NCBI GenBank assembly: GCA_009914755.4
Contig: CP068257.2
Coordinates: 8,960,001 to 9,024,000, forward strand
Length of the DNA stretch: 64,000 bases
Direction of reading: 5' to 3'
From: the human T2T-CHM13v2.0 reference genome, Homo sapiens
This document shows positions 16,101 through 29,900 of the stretch, piece by piece. The position numbers and the translations under genes were made by a program. Every line of letters begins with the position of its first letter. Within the stretch, counting starts at the first letter, position 1. The notes beneath the pieces are model-generated. The model made no database searches. It was given only the letters and a program-made list of their open reading frames with translations, and was not told where the DNA came from.

Positions 16101-18559
16101 TCAAATCCATTCTATTCCATTCCATTCCATTCAATATCACTCCATTCTATTCCATTCCATTCCATTTCGTGTGATTCCATTCCATTCGGGTCCCTTCCAT
16201 TTGAGTCCATTCCACTCGAGTCCATTCTGTTCCATTCCTCTCTACTCCACTCCTTTCCATTTCTCTCCATTCCACTCCATTGTATTCCAATCCATTCCAT
16301 TCCATTCCATTCCATTCCATTGCATTCTCTTCAATTCCACTGCATTCCATTCCAATCCCCTCCGCTCCAGTCCAATCCGTTCTATTCCATTCCTTCCAAT
16401 TCCATTACATTCCACTCCATTCCACTCCACTCCACTCCATTCAATTCCATTCCACTCCTTTCCACTCTAATCCAATCTGCTTCACCGCATTCCATTCAAT
16501 ATCATTCAATTCCATTCCATTCAATTTCATTCCATTTGATCCCATTCCATTCGAGTCATTCCATTTGCGTCCATTCCATTTTATTCCATTCTATTCTATT
16601 CCTCTTCATTCTATTCCATTCCATTCCATTTGATTCAATTCCATTTGAATCCATTCAATTTAATTCGATTTCATTCCATTCCATTCCATTGCATTCCAAT
16701 CCATTGCATTCAATTCCATTCTATCCGATTCCATTCCATTCGAGTCCATTCAAGTCAAGTACATTCCCTTTCAGTCCATTCCATTCGAATCCATTCCATT
16801 CCAGTCCATTCCATTCGAGTCCATTCTATTCCATACTATTCCATTCCATTTCATTACATTCTATTCCATTCCATTGTAGTCCATTCCATTAGTCCTTTCG
16901 AATCGAGTCCATTCCACTCGATTCCATTCCATTCGCGTCCATTCTACACGAGTCCATTCCATTCGAGTTTATTCCACTCGAGTCCATTCGATTCCACTCC
17001 ATTCCTTTCCATTCCATTACATTCCACTCCACTCCAATCCATTCCCTTCCCCTCCACTCGTTTCCCTTCCATTGCATTCCATTCCACTCCATTCCTCTGC
17101 ACTCAGTTCAGTTCCATTTTTTCCCATTCCATTTCTTTCCACTGGCTTCCACTCCACTCCACTCCATTCAATTCCATTCAACCCCATTCCATTCCAATCC
17201 ATTCCAGTCAACTCCAATCCAGTTCACCGCATTGTATTCGATTACATTTGATGCCATTCAATTCCATTCCATTTGATTCCATTCCATTCGATCCCATTCT
17301 ATTTGATCCCTTTCCATTCAATCCCATTCCATTCAATTCCATTGCATTCTATTCCATTCCATTTGATTCCATACATTTGAGTCTACTCCATTGGAGTCCA
17401 TTCCATTCCATCACATTCCATTCGAATCCATTCCATTCTTTTCCATTCCATTCGAATCTAGTCCATTCCATTCGAGTCCATTCCATTCCAATTCATTTAT
17501 TTCCAGTCTATTCCTTTTCATTCCATTCAAGTCCGTTCCATTCTAGTCCATTCCACTTGAGTCCAATTCATTTGAGTTCATTCCTTTCCATTCTATTCCA
17601 TTCATCTCCTTTCCATTCGATTCCACTCCGTTCAATTGCTTTCCATTCGATTGCTTTCCACTCGATTCCATTCCATTCGAGTCCATTCGTTTTGAGTCCA
17701 TTGCATTGTAGTCCATTCCATTCGAGTCCATTGCTTTCCTGTCCACTACATTCGAGTCAATTCCATATGAGTCTATTCCATTCCATTTCTTTTCATTCGA
17801 TATCTTTCCATTCCATTCCATTCCAGTCCATTCCTTTCCATTCCATTCGTTTCCATTCCATTCGATTTCATTTCATTTGATTCCCTTCGTTTCCATTCCA
17901 TTCGGTTCCACTCTATTCGATTCCTTTCCATTCGAGTCCATTCCTTTAAATTCCATTCCATTCGAGTCCATTCCATTCCAGATCATTCCAGTACAGTCCG
18001 TTACATTCGAGTCCATTCCATTCGAGTCCATTTCATTCCATTCCATTCCAGTCCAGTCAATTCCCTTCCATTCCACTCCATTCCACTCCACTCCATTCCA
18101 TTCCATTCCACTCCATTCCATTCCATTGCTTTCCACTCAACTCCACTCCATTCCACTCCACTCTACTCCACTCCCTTCATTGCATTCCATTCCCTTCATT
18201 CCACTCCTCTCCACTCCACTCCATTCAATTCCGTTCCTTCCCAATCTATTCCATTCTACTCCATTCCATTCCAATCCCCTCCACTCAGTTCAATTCCAAT
18301 GCACGCCATTCCATTCCACTCCACTCCATTCCACTTTACCACATTCCATTCAATTCCATTAGATGCCATGCGATTCCATTCCATGCGATTCCTTTCGAGG
18401 CGATCCAATTCCATTTGATTCTATTCCATTCAAATCCATCCCATTCGATTCCTTTCCATTCCATTTCATTGCATTGCATTCCATTCCATTCCATTGCATT
18501 CTATTCAACTCTGCTTCATTCCATTCCACTCAACTTCTTTCCATTCCATTCCATTCCAT

Positions 18560-18695
18560 TCCAATGCATTCCACTTCGTTCCATTCTACTCCACTCCATT
18601 TCATTCCAATCGAATCCATTCCATTCCAATGCATTCCACTTCATTGCATTCTACTCCATTCCATTTCATTCCAATCGAATCCATTCCATTCCATT
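18560..18695 (+). repeat. Tandem duplication of about 66 bp.
   Basis: ccaatgcattccacttc[gttcc/attgc]attctactcca[ct]tccatttcattccaatcgaatccattccattcc appears twice. Confidence 0.7.
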
Positions 18696-21600
18696 CCATT
18701 CCATTGCATTTCATTCCATTCCAATCCATTCTATTCCATTCCATTCCATTCCATTCCTCTCCACATCATTCCTTTCCATTCCACTCAAATCCATGCCATT
18801 CCACTCTATTCCACTCTACTCCACTCCTTTCCACTCCACTCCAATCCACTCCACTCCACTATACTCCATTCGGTTTCATTCCTTTCCACTCCATTCCATT
18901 CCATTCCAGTCCATTCCATTCAATTCGAATCCATTCCATTCTAGTCCATTCATTTCAAATACATTCCACTCATTCCATTAAATTCAATTTCATTCCATTA
19001 TACTCCAATACACTCCACTCCACATCACTCCATTCAATTCCATTCATTCACTTTCCGTTTCATTCCACTCCATTCCACTCCACTCCATTCTATTACATTA
19101 CGCCCCATTCCGTTCCAATCCATTCCACTCGACTCCACCGCACTCCATTCAATTCCATTCGATTTCATTTGATTACATTCCACTTGATTGCATTCCATTC
19201 AAATCCATGCCATTTGACTCCATTCTGTTTGATTCCATTCCATTCCAGTCCATTCCATTCGGTTCCATTCCTTTCCACTCCTTTCCATTCCATTCCATTC
19301 CACTTAACTCCACTCCACTCCACTCCCATCCATTCCATTCCACTAAACTCCACTCCACTCCCATCCATTCCATTCTGTCCCACTGCGATCCAGTCCACTC
19401 CATTCGATTCCAGGCCACTCCATTCCTCTCCACTCCAATTCTCTCAACTCTGTTGCATTCCAATCCACTCCACTCCACCCGACTCCACTCCACTCCACTC
19501 CATTCCATTGCATTCCATTGCGTAACACTCCATCCCACTCCAATCCACTCCTCTCCGTAGAATTCCATTCCTTCCCATTCCACTCCATTCCACTTCATTC
19601 TGCTCCACTGTTCTCTACTCTATTCCATTCCATTCTAAACCATTCCATTCGAATCCATTCCTCTCCACTCCACTCCACTTCAAAGCATTCCATTTGATTT
19701 CTTAGGATACCTTTCGATTCCATTCCATTCAATCCATTCCATTTGATTCCATTCCATTTGATTACTTTCCAATGGATTCCGTTCAATTTCTTTCCATTCC
19801 ATTTGATTCCATTCCATTTGAGTCCATTCCATTCGAGTCTATTCCATTCAATTTCATTCCATTACATTCTATTCCATTCCACTCCATTATACTCAACTCC
19901 AATCCACTCCGTTCTCTTCCATTCCTACCCGTTCCATTCCATTACATTCCATTAAACTTCACTCCACTCCAGTCCATTGAGTTCCTTTTCACCCCATTCC
20001 ATTCCTCTCCATTGCAATCCAATGCTCTCCCCTTCACTGCATTCCATTTGATTCCAGTCGCTGCAATTCGATTTCATTCCGTTTGATTCCATTCCATTCG
20101 ATTCCATAGCATTTGATTCTATTCCATTTGAGTCAATGCCATTCGAATCCATTCCATTCCAGTCCATTCAATTCCATTGCATTTCATTCCATTCCACTCC
20201 ACTCCACTCGACTTTACTCCACTCCATTCCTTTCCATTACATTCCATTCCCCTCCACTCCACTCCATTCCAATCTATTCCACTCCACTCCATTCCAATCC
20301 AGTCCACTCCATTCCATTACACTCCACTCCATTCCCCTCCACTTCATTCCATTCCATTCCATTGAACTCGTCTCCACTCCACACCACTCCTCTCCACTCC
20401 TCTCTGTTCAATTCCATTACTTCCCTTTCCATTCCATTCCATTCCTTCCACTCCACTCCACTCTATTCAACTCCATTCCACCTCATTCCATTTCACTCCA
20501 CTCCACTCCACTACACATCATTCCATTCGAATCCGTTCAATGCCATTCGGTTCCATTCCACTCGCTTGCATTCCATTCGAATCCATTCCATTTGACTCCA
20601 TTCTGTAAGATTCCATTTCATTCGAGTCCATTCTATTCAAGTCCATTCCTTTGCAGTCCATTCCATTCGATTACATTCCATTCCACTCTATTCCATTCCA
20701 TTCCATTCCACTCCACTCAGCTGCACTCCATTCCTTTCCATTCCATTCTTTTGCACTCTGCTGCAGTTCATTCCACTCCACTCCAATCCATTCCAGTCCA
20801 CTCCACTCCAATCAACTCCAATCCATTCCACTCCACTCCACTACACTCCATTTTATTTCATTCCTTTACCTTGCATTTCACTCCACTGCACTACACTCCA
20901 CCCCAATCCATTCCATTCCATTCCATTGCATTCAGTTCCCTTCCGTTCCATTGCAATCCCTTCAATTCCATTCCATTCCATTCCATTCCATTCCATTCCA
21001 TTCCATTCCTGTCCAGTCCATTCCACTCCACTCAAATCCACTCCACTCCATTCCACTCCATTCCATTCCCCTCCACTCCATTCCAATCCACTCCACTCCA
21101 CTCCACTCCACTGCACATCACTGCATTCCATTCCATTCAATTGCGTTCCACTCAAATCTTCACTCCACTCCACTCCATTCCTTTAAATTCCATTGCATTC
21201 CACTCCACTCCACTCTGTTCAATTCTATTCCTTCCCATTCCATTCCTTTCCAGTCGATTCCACTCCACTCCACTCCTATCCATTCAATTCCATTCCACCC
21301 CATTCCATTACACTCTATTCCAATTCACTCAACTTCACCGTATTCCATTCGATTCCACTCAATGCTAATCAATTCCTTTCCATTCCATTCCATTGCATTT
21401 TTTTCCATTCCATTTTATTCCATTCCATTAGATTCTGTCCCATTAGATTGCATTCCAGTTTGATTGCATTCTATTCGAGTGCATTCCATTCCATTCCAGT
21501 CCTTTCCATTCTGTTGCATTCCATTAGGGTCCATTCCATTTGAGTCCATTCCTTTCAATTCCATTCCATTCCATTCCATTTCCTTGGCTTCCATTCCCTT

Positions 21601-21699
21601 CCTTTCCATTCCATTTCATTCCACTCCACCCAAATCCACTACGCTATATTCCTTTCGACTCCATTCCACTGCATTCCATTCCTTTCCATTCCATTGCAT

Positions 21700-22085
21700 T
21701 CCATTCCATTCCACTCAACTCCACTTCAGTCCAATTTGTTCAATTCCATTCCTTCCCATTCCATTCTATTCCATTCCTTTACTTTTCATATCATTCCACT
21801 CCTTTCCACTCCATTCCATTCCATTCCATACCATTCCATTCCATTCCATTCCATTCCATTCCATTCAATTCCATTCCATTCCACTCAACTCCACTTCACT
21901 CCAATTTGTTCAATTCCATTCCTTCCCATTCCATTCTATTCCATTCCTTTACTTTTCATATCATTCCACTCCTTTCCACTCCGTTCCGTTCCATTTCATA
22001 CCATTCCATTCCATTCCATTCCACTCAACTCCACTTCACAACAATTTGTTCAATTCCATTCCTTCCCATTCCATTCTATTCCATT
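21700..22085 (+). repeat. About 2.4 copies of a local repeat 140-180 bp long.
   Basis: ACTCAACTCCACTTCA(g/c)T(CC/AA)CAATTTGTTCAATTCCATTCCTTCCCATTCCATTCTATTCCATTCCTTTACTTTTCATATCATTCCACTCCTTTCCACTCC occurs at 21731, 21901 and 22041. The third copy is truncated. Confidence 0.75.
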
Positions 22086-23922
22086 AAGTTCCTTTCCATG
22101 TCTTTCCACTCCTATCCACTGCATTCCTTTCCATTGCATTCCATTCCTTTCCATTCAACTGCATTCCCGTTGAATCCTCTCCACTCCGCACAATTCCATT
22201 CCATTCAATTCCATTCCATGCCATTCCACTCAACTCCAATCCACTCAACACCATTCCATTCCATTCTATTCTATTCCATTCCATTCCATTCCATGCCATT
22301 ACACGCCATTCAACTCCACTCCACTCCTCTCCAATCCATTCCATTGCATTACAATCCACTCCAATCCACTCCACTCCTTTCAATTCCATTCCTTCCCATT
22401 CCATTCCATTCGACTCCATTATACTCCACTCTACTCCACCACATTCAATTCCATTCCACTTCATTCCATTCCACTCCATTCCATTCCACTTCACTCCACA
22501 TAACTGCATTCCATTCGATTTCATTCGAAGCCATTTCATTCCATTCCATTCCATTCCCTTCTATTGCATTCTCTTCGATTAAATTCCTTTTGATTCCATT
22601 CCATTCGATTCCATTCCTTTCAATTCCATTCCATTCAATTCCATTTCATTCAATTTCAGTCCATTCAATTCCATTCCATTCTATTCCATTACATTCAATT
22701 CCATTCCTTTCGATTCCATTCCATTCTATTCCATTACATTCAATTCCATTCCTTTCGATTCCATTCCATTCAACTCCATTCAATTCCATTCCATTCCATT
22801 CCATTCAAGTCCATTTCATTCAAGTCCTGTCCATTCCATTCCTCTCCATTCCACTCCACTCCACTCAGTTAAATTCCAATCCTTCCCATTCCATTCCATT
22901 CCACCCCATTCCTCTCCACTCCACTCCATTCAATTCCATTCCAGGACATTCCATTCCATTCCATCCCCCTCCACTCCACTTCACCACATTCCACTCGATC
23001 CCATTCGATGCCTGTCAATTCCCATCCTTTTTATTCTATTCCATTCCATTCCACTGCATTCCATTCCATTCCAGTCCTGTCCATTCTATTCAAGTCCATT
23101 CAATTCCAGCTCATTCCACTCCATTGCATTCACCTCCACTCCACTTCACTGCACTCCTCTCCACTCCATTCCATTGCATTCCAATCCACTCTGTTCAGGT
23201 CCATTCCTTCTCATTCCATTCCATTCCACTCCATTACCTTCCACTCCACTCCATTCTGTTCCATCCCACCCCATTCCATTCCACTCTGTTCAACACCAAT
23301 CCACTCCACTTCTACGAATTCCATTCGATTCCAATCGATTCCTTTCTACTCCATTTGATTCAATTCCATTCAATTCCATTCCATTCGAGTCCATTCCATT
23401 CGAGTGCATTCCATTCCGTTCCATTCCATTCCAGTCCTTTCCATTTTAGTCCGATCCACTCCACTCCATTCCACTCCATTCAGATCTATTCCTTCCCATT
23501 CCATTCCATTTCACTCCACTGAACTCCACTCCACTCCACTCCATTCAATTCCACTCCACCCATTCCATTCCTCTCCATTCCACTCCACTCCACTTCAATG
23601 CATTCAGTTTGATTTCATTCGATGCCGTTCTTTTCCATGCCATTCAATTCCGTTGCATTCGATTCCATTCCATTCAAATCCATTACTTTAGAGTTCATTC
23701 CATTTAAGTACATTCCGTTCGATTCCATTCCATTCCATTCCATTTCATTCCATTCCAATCCAATCCATTTCATTCTATTCCATACGACTCCTTTCCATTC
23801 GAGTTCATTCCATTCCAGTCCATTCCATTCGAGCCATTCCAAAGCTTTCCATTTCATTCCATTGCATTCAATTCCATTACATTCCACTCCAGTCCACTCC
23901 ACTCCATTCCATTCCATTCCAC

Positions 23923-24700
23923 TTCTCTCCCTTCTATTCCACTCCCTTCCACTCGATTCCACTCCTTTCAATTCCATTCCATTGCATTCCATTCAATTCC
24001 TGTCCAGTCCATTCCAGTCCTTTCCATTCCATTGCATTAAATTCCACTACATTCGTCTACACTCCACTTCTTTCCATTGCATTCCACTCTGATTCGTTCC
24101 ATTCCAATCCACTCCACTCCATTCCACTCCACTGCACTAGAATCCACTCCATTGAACTCCACTCCTCTCCACTCCACTCCACTCCATTCCATTCCACTCT
24201 ACTCCGCTATATTCCAATCCATTCCACTTCACTCAAATCCACTCGATTCCACTCCAATCCCCTCCGTTCCACTTCATTCCACTCCGCTCCTGTCCACTCC
24301 AGTCCATTTCATTCCATTCCACTTCTCTCCATTCTATTCCACTCCATTCCACTCGATTCCTCTCCTTTCAATTCCATTCCATTGCATTCCATTCAATTCC
24401 TGTCCAGTCCATTCCAGTCCTTTCCATTCCATTGCATTCAATTCCACTACACTCGTCTACACTCCACTACTTTCCATAGCATTCCACTCCAATCCATTCG
24501 AATCCACTCCACTGCACTAGAATCCACTCCATTGAACTCCACTCCTCTCCACTCCACTCCACTCCATTCCATTCCACTCTACTCCGCTATATTCCAATCC
24601 ATTCCACTTCACTCAAATCCACTCCATTCCACTCCAATCCACTCCGTTCCACTTCATTCCACTCCACTCCAATCCACTCTACTCCAATTCAGTAGATTCC
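23923..24700 (+). repeat. Tandem duplication of a ~400-bp satellite block in two copies, about 93% identical.
   Basis: Copy 1 at 23923-24322 and copy 2 at 24323-about 24700 are collinear (cttctctcc[c/a]ttctattccactcc...attgcatt[a/c]aattccactaca[t/c]tcgtctacactcc...actgcactagaatccactccattgaactcc). The offset is 400 bp at first and shortens to 380 bp after a 20-bp indel. Confidence 0.8.
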
Positions 24701-26907
24701 ATTTCACTCCACTCCACTCCATTCCACTCCAGTCCACTACATTCCAATCCATTCCATTCCACTCCACTCAAATCAACTCCACTCCACACCATTCCATTCC
24801 AATCCGCATCTTTCACTCCACTCCACTCCAGTCCACTCCACTTTATTCCATTAAAATCCACTCCATTGCAATCCACTCCAGTCCACTCCATTTCACTCCA
24901 CTCCACTCCTTTCCACTCCACTCCAAACACTCCTGTTTTAAACTCCATTCCACTCCACTTTATTATATTCCATTCCACTCGATTCCACTCCACTCCACTC
25001 CTCTCCATTCCACTCCATTTCACTCCACTCCACTCCATTCAATTCCATTCCACCCCATTAAATTCCTCTCCGTTCCATTCCACCCCACTCTACTTGACAG
25101 CATTCCATTCACTTCCATTTGATGCCATTTGATTCCACTCCATTTGATTCCATTCCTTATGAGTCCATTCCATTCACTTCCATTGCATTCCATTCAATTC
25201 CTTTCCACTCCAGTGCATTCTATTCCAATCCACTCCACTCCACTACCCTGCAGTCAACTCCATTTCACTCCACTACATTCCGTTCAATGCCATTCCTTCC
25301 CATTCCTTTACATTTCGCTACATTCCACTCCACTCCACTACACTCCATTCAATTCCATTCCACCCCATTCCATTCCACTCCACTCCACTCTACTCCACTT
25401 CTCCGCGTTCCATTTGATTCTATTTGATGTGATTTGTTTCCATTCTTTTCGATTCCATTCCATTCGATTCCATTTCTTTCTATTCCATTCCATTCCTGTC
25501 CCTTCAATTCGATTCCAGGCCATTCGATTCCATTCATTTCGATTCTATTCCATTCGATTCCATTCCTTTCGATTCCATTCCATTCCCGTCAGTTCAGTTC
25601 GATTCCACTCCTTTCGTTTCCATTCTATTCGAGTCCATTCCATTCCAGTCCATTCTATTAGAGTCCCTTCCATTCGAGTTCATTCCATTCCATTCCATTC
25701 CATTCCAGTCCATGCCTTTTGAGTCAATTCCATTCGATTACATTGCATTCCAGTCCATTCTTTTCGAGTCCATTCCATTCCAGTCCATTCCATTCCATTC
25801 CATTCGAGTCCATTCCTTTTGAGTCAATTCCATTTAAGTACATTACATTCCATTCCATTCTGTTCGAGTCCATTCCATTCCGTTCCATTCCATTCCATTC
25901 AATACCATTCCATTCGATTCCATTACATTTGATTCCATACCTTTCGAGTACATTCCATTCGAGTTCATTCTATTCCATTCCAGTCCATTCCACTCCACTC
26001 CACTCCGTTCAATTCCATTTCTTCCCATTCCATTCCATTCCATTCCACTCCATTCCAATCCAGTCCACTACACTCCATTCATTTACATTCCACTCCATTT
26101 CTTTCCATTCCATTCCACTCCACTCCACTTCACCACATTCCATTTGATTTCATTTGATGCCATTTGATTCCATTCCTTTCGATTATATTCCTTTTGATTG
26201 CATTCCATTCCATTCCATCCCATTCCATTCCATTCCTTTCCACTTCATTCCATTCCATCCATTCAATTCCATTCAATTCCATTCCATTAAATTGCATTCG
26301 ATTACATTCCATTCCATTCAAATCCATTCCGTTCGATTCCATTCCTTCCCATTCAATTTGATTCCAATCCATTCGCGTCCATTCCGTTCGATTCCATGCC
26401 ATTCGTTTCCCTTGCATTCCATTTGATTCTATTGCATTACATTCCATTCTTTTCCATTATGTTCGAGTACATTCCATTCTATTCCATTCCATTATAGTCT
26501 ATTCCATTCCATTCCATTCCATTCCATTCCATTGCATTCCGTTCCACTCCAATCCACTCCATAACATCCCACTCCACTCCATTCCGTTCCACTCCTATCC
26601 ACTCCATTTCACTCCATTCCATTAAATTCCATTCCATTCCATTCCTTTCATTCCATTCCATTCCATTCGTTTCTATTTCGTTCCATTTCATTCCATTCCA
26701 TTTCATTCCATTCCATTCCCTTCCATTCAATTCTGTTCCATTCCATTCGATTCCATTCCATTCCATTCCGTTCCATTCAATTCCATTCCATTACACTCGA
26801 TTCCATTGCAATACATTCCATTTCTTTCCATTCATTTCGTGTCCATTCCATTGCTTCCCGTTCCATTTGATTCCTTTCCATTCGAATCCATTCCATTCAA
26901 TTCCATT

Positions 26908-26958
26908 CCATTAGTTTGATTCTAATGTATTCCATTAGTTTGATTCTAATGTATTCCA
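26908..26958 (+). repeat. Perfect 27-bp tandem duplication of a non-canonical insert.
   Basis: ccattagtttgattctaatgtatt appears twice, at 26908-26931 and 26935-26958. Confidence 0.8.
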
Positions 26959-29900
26959 TTCCATTCCATTCCCTTTGATTGCATTCCATTCCATTCCATT
27001 TCATTCCAATCGAGTACACTCCAATTACTTCCATTCCACCCTATTCCTTTCCACTCCATTCCACTTTGGTCCATTCCACTTCACCGCATGCCATTTGATT
27101 CCATTCGATTCCATTCCACTCCATTCCATTCGATTTTATTCCATTCGATTCCATTCCATTTGAGTCCATTCCATTCAAGTCCATTCCATTCCATTCCATT
27201 CTAGTCCATTCCATTCCAGTGCATTCCACTCCACTCCACTCCGCTACAACCCGTTCAGTTCCATTCCTTCTCATTGCATTTCAATTCCACTCCATTCCAC
27301 TCCACTCCAGTAATTTCTATTTAATTCTATTTGACTCCATTCAATTCCACTCCATTCTGCTCCACACCACTCCACTTCACCACATTCCATTCCATTCTAT
27401 TCGCTGCCATTCGATTTTATTCCATTCGAGTCCATTCTACTCCAGTCCATTCTATTCACCTGCATTCCATTCGAGTCCATTTAATTCCATTCCATTTAAT
27501 TTGATTCCACTCCATTCGATTACATTCCATTCGTGTCTATGCCATTCTGGTTCATTCTAATTGAGTCCATTCCATTCGATCCCATTTCGTTTCATTTCAT
27601 TTCATTTCATTCGATTATATTCAATTCCGTTCCATTCTAGTCTATTCCATTCCAGTCCATTCCATTCGAGTGCATTTATTCTATTCCTTTCCATTCGAGT
27701 CTGTGCCATTCCATTCCATTCCATTCCATTGAATTCAATTCCTCTCCACATCACTGCACTCCTCTGCACTCCATTCCATTTCATTCCATTGTATTTCTAT
27801 CCATTCCTCTCCAATCCAGTCTGATCAATTCCATTCCTTCTCACTCCATTCCATTCCACTCCATTCCCTTCCACTCCACTACACTCCATTCTATTCCATT
27901 CCTCCCCATTCCATTCCAGTGTATTCCACTCCATTCCACTCCACCAAATTCCATTCAATTCCATTCGTTTCCATTCTACTCTATTCAATTCCATTCCATT
28001 CGAGGCCATTCCATTCCATTCGGTGTCAATCCACTCCTGTCCATTCCACTCCACTCCCTTCCACTCCACTCTGTTCAGTGCCATTCCTTCCCTTTCCATT
28101 CCATTCCACTCCATTCCACTCCACGCCACTTATCCGCATTCCATTTGATTATTTTCAATGCCATTGGATTCTATTCGATTCGATTCCATTCATTTGATTC
28201 CATTCCATTCGAATCCATTCCTTTCGATTCCATACCATTCGATTCCATTCTATTCGATTCAATTCAATTCAATTCAATTCCATTAGATTTCATTCCATTC
28301 GATTCCATTTCATTCGATTCCATTCCATTCAAGTCCATTCCATTACAGTCTATTCTATTCGACTCCATTCCATTCCAGTCCATTCTATTCGAGTCCATGA
28401 CATTTAATTCCATTGCATTTTTTTCCATTCCTCTCCTCTCCACCCCTTTCAACTCCAATCCTCTCCTTTAAATTCCATTCCATTTCATTAGATTAAATTC
28501 CACTCGACTCCACTCCATCTCACCCCAATCCAGTCCATTCCATTCCAATCCTTTCCACTCCATTTTACACCATTGCATTCCAATCCATTCAGTTCCATTC
28601 CATTGAATTCCATTCTTCTCCACTCCAATCCACTCCGTTCAATTCCATTCCTTCCCATTCCTTTCCATTCCACTCCATTCTACTCCACTCCACTAAATTC
28701 CACTCAATTCCATTCTACCCCATTCCATTCCACTCCATTCCACTCCACTCCACTCCTCTTTACCGTATTCATTTCGATTCCTTTCAATGCCATTTGAGTC
28801 CATTCAATTCGAGTCCATTCCATTCCAGTCCAATCCATTCGAGTCCATTGCCTTAGAGTGCATTTGTTTCCATTCCATTCCATTCGATTCCATTCCATTC
28901 CATTCCATTCCATTCCATTCCATTCGAGTCCATTCCATTCCGATCAATTCTATTCAAGTCTATTCCCTTCTAGTCCATTTCATTCCATTCCATTCCACTA
29001 TATTCGATTCCATTCCATTCGTGTCCATTCAATTTCAGTCTGTTCCATTTGACTCCATTGCATTCTAGTCTATTCCATTCAACTCCATTCCATTTCTTTG
29101 GATTCCATTCCATTCCATTCCATTCCATTCAGTTCCACTCCTCATCACTGCACTCCTCTCCACTCCATTCCATTCCATTCCATTACATTTCAGCCCACTG
29201 CAGTCCAATCCACTCCACTGTGTTCAATTCCATTCCTTCTCATTCCATTCCATTCCAATCTATTCTCCTCCACTCCACTCCATTCTATGCCATTCAACCC
29301 CATTCCATTCCACTCAATTACACTCCACTCCACTTCACCGAATTCTATTAGTTTCTGTTCTATTCCATTCTACTCCATTCGATTCCATTCCAGGACATTC
29401 CATTCCAGTCCATTCCACTCAGCTCCATTCCACTCCACTCCGTTCTGTTCCATTCCTTCCCATTCCTTTCCATTTCACTCCATTCCACTCCACTCCACTA
29501 CACTCCATTCAATTCCACTCCACTCCATTCCATTCCACTCCATTCCACTCCTCTCCCCTCCACTTCTCCGTAGTCCATTTCATTCTATTCAATGCCATTA
29601 TATTCCATTTGATTAGATTCCATTCCATTTCATTCCATTCCATTCCATTCCATGCCTTTTGAATCCATTCCATTCAAATCCATTCCATTTGAATCAATTC
29701 TACACGATTCCATTCCATTAGATTCCATTCCATTCGATTCCATTCCTTTTGAATCCATTCCATTCGAGTCCATTCCATTCCACTCCATTTCATAGAAGTC
29801 CATTCCATTCGAGTCCATTCCATTCCATTCCAACCTATTCCATTCCATTCCATTCCATTCGAGTCCGTTCCATTTGAGTCAATCCCATTCGAGTCCATTT

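Noticed and set aside
19675-19700. The CTTAGGAT motif at about 25, about 19700 and about 62715, taken as evidence of a strict ~21.5-kb tandem super-repeat.
   Set aside because: The spacings are 19.7 kb and 43.0 kb, which are not equal multiples. I could find no copy near 41 kb, and the related motifs TTATGATT/CCTTATGA occur at other positions (about 25150, 44500 and 56380). The homology is real but a regular super-period is not supported.
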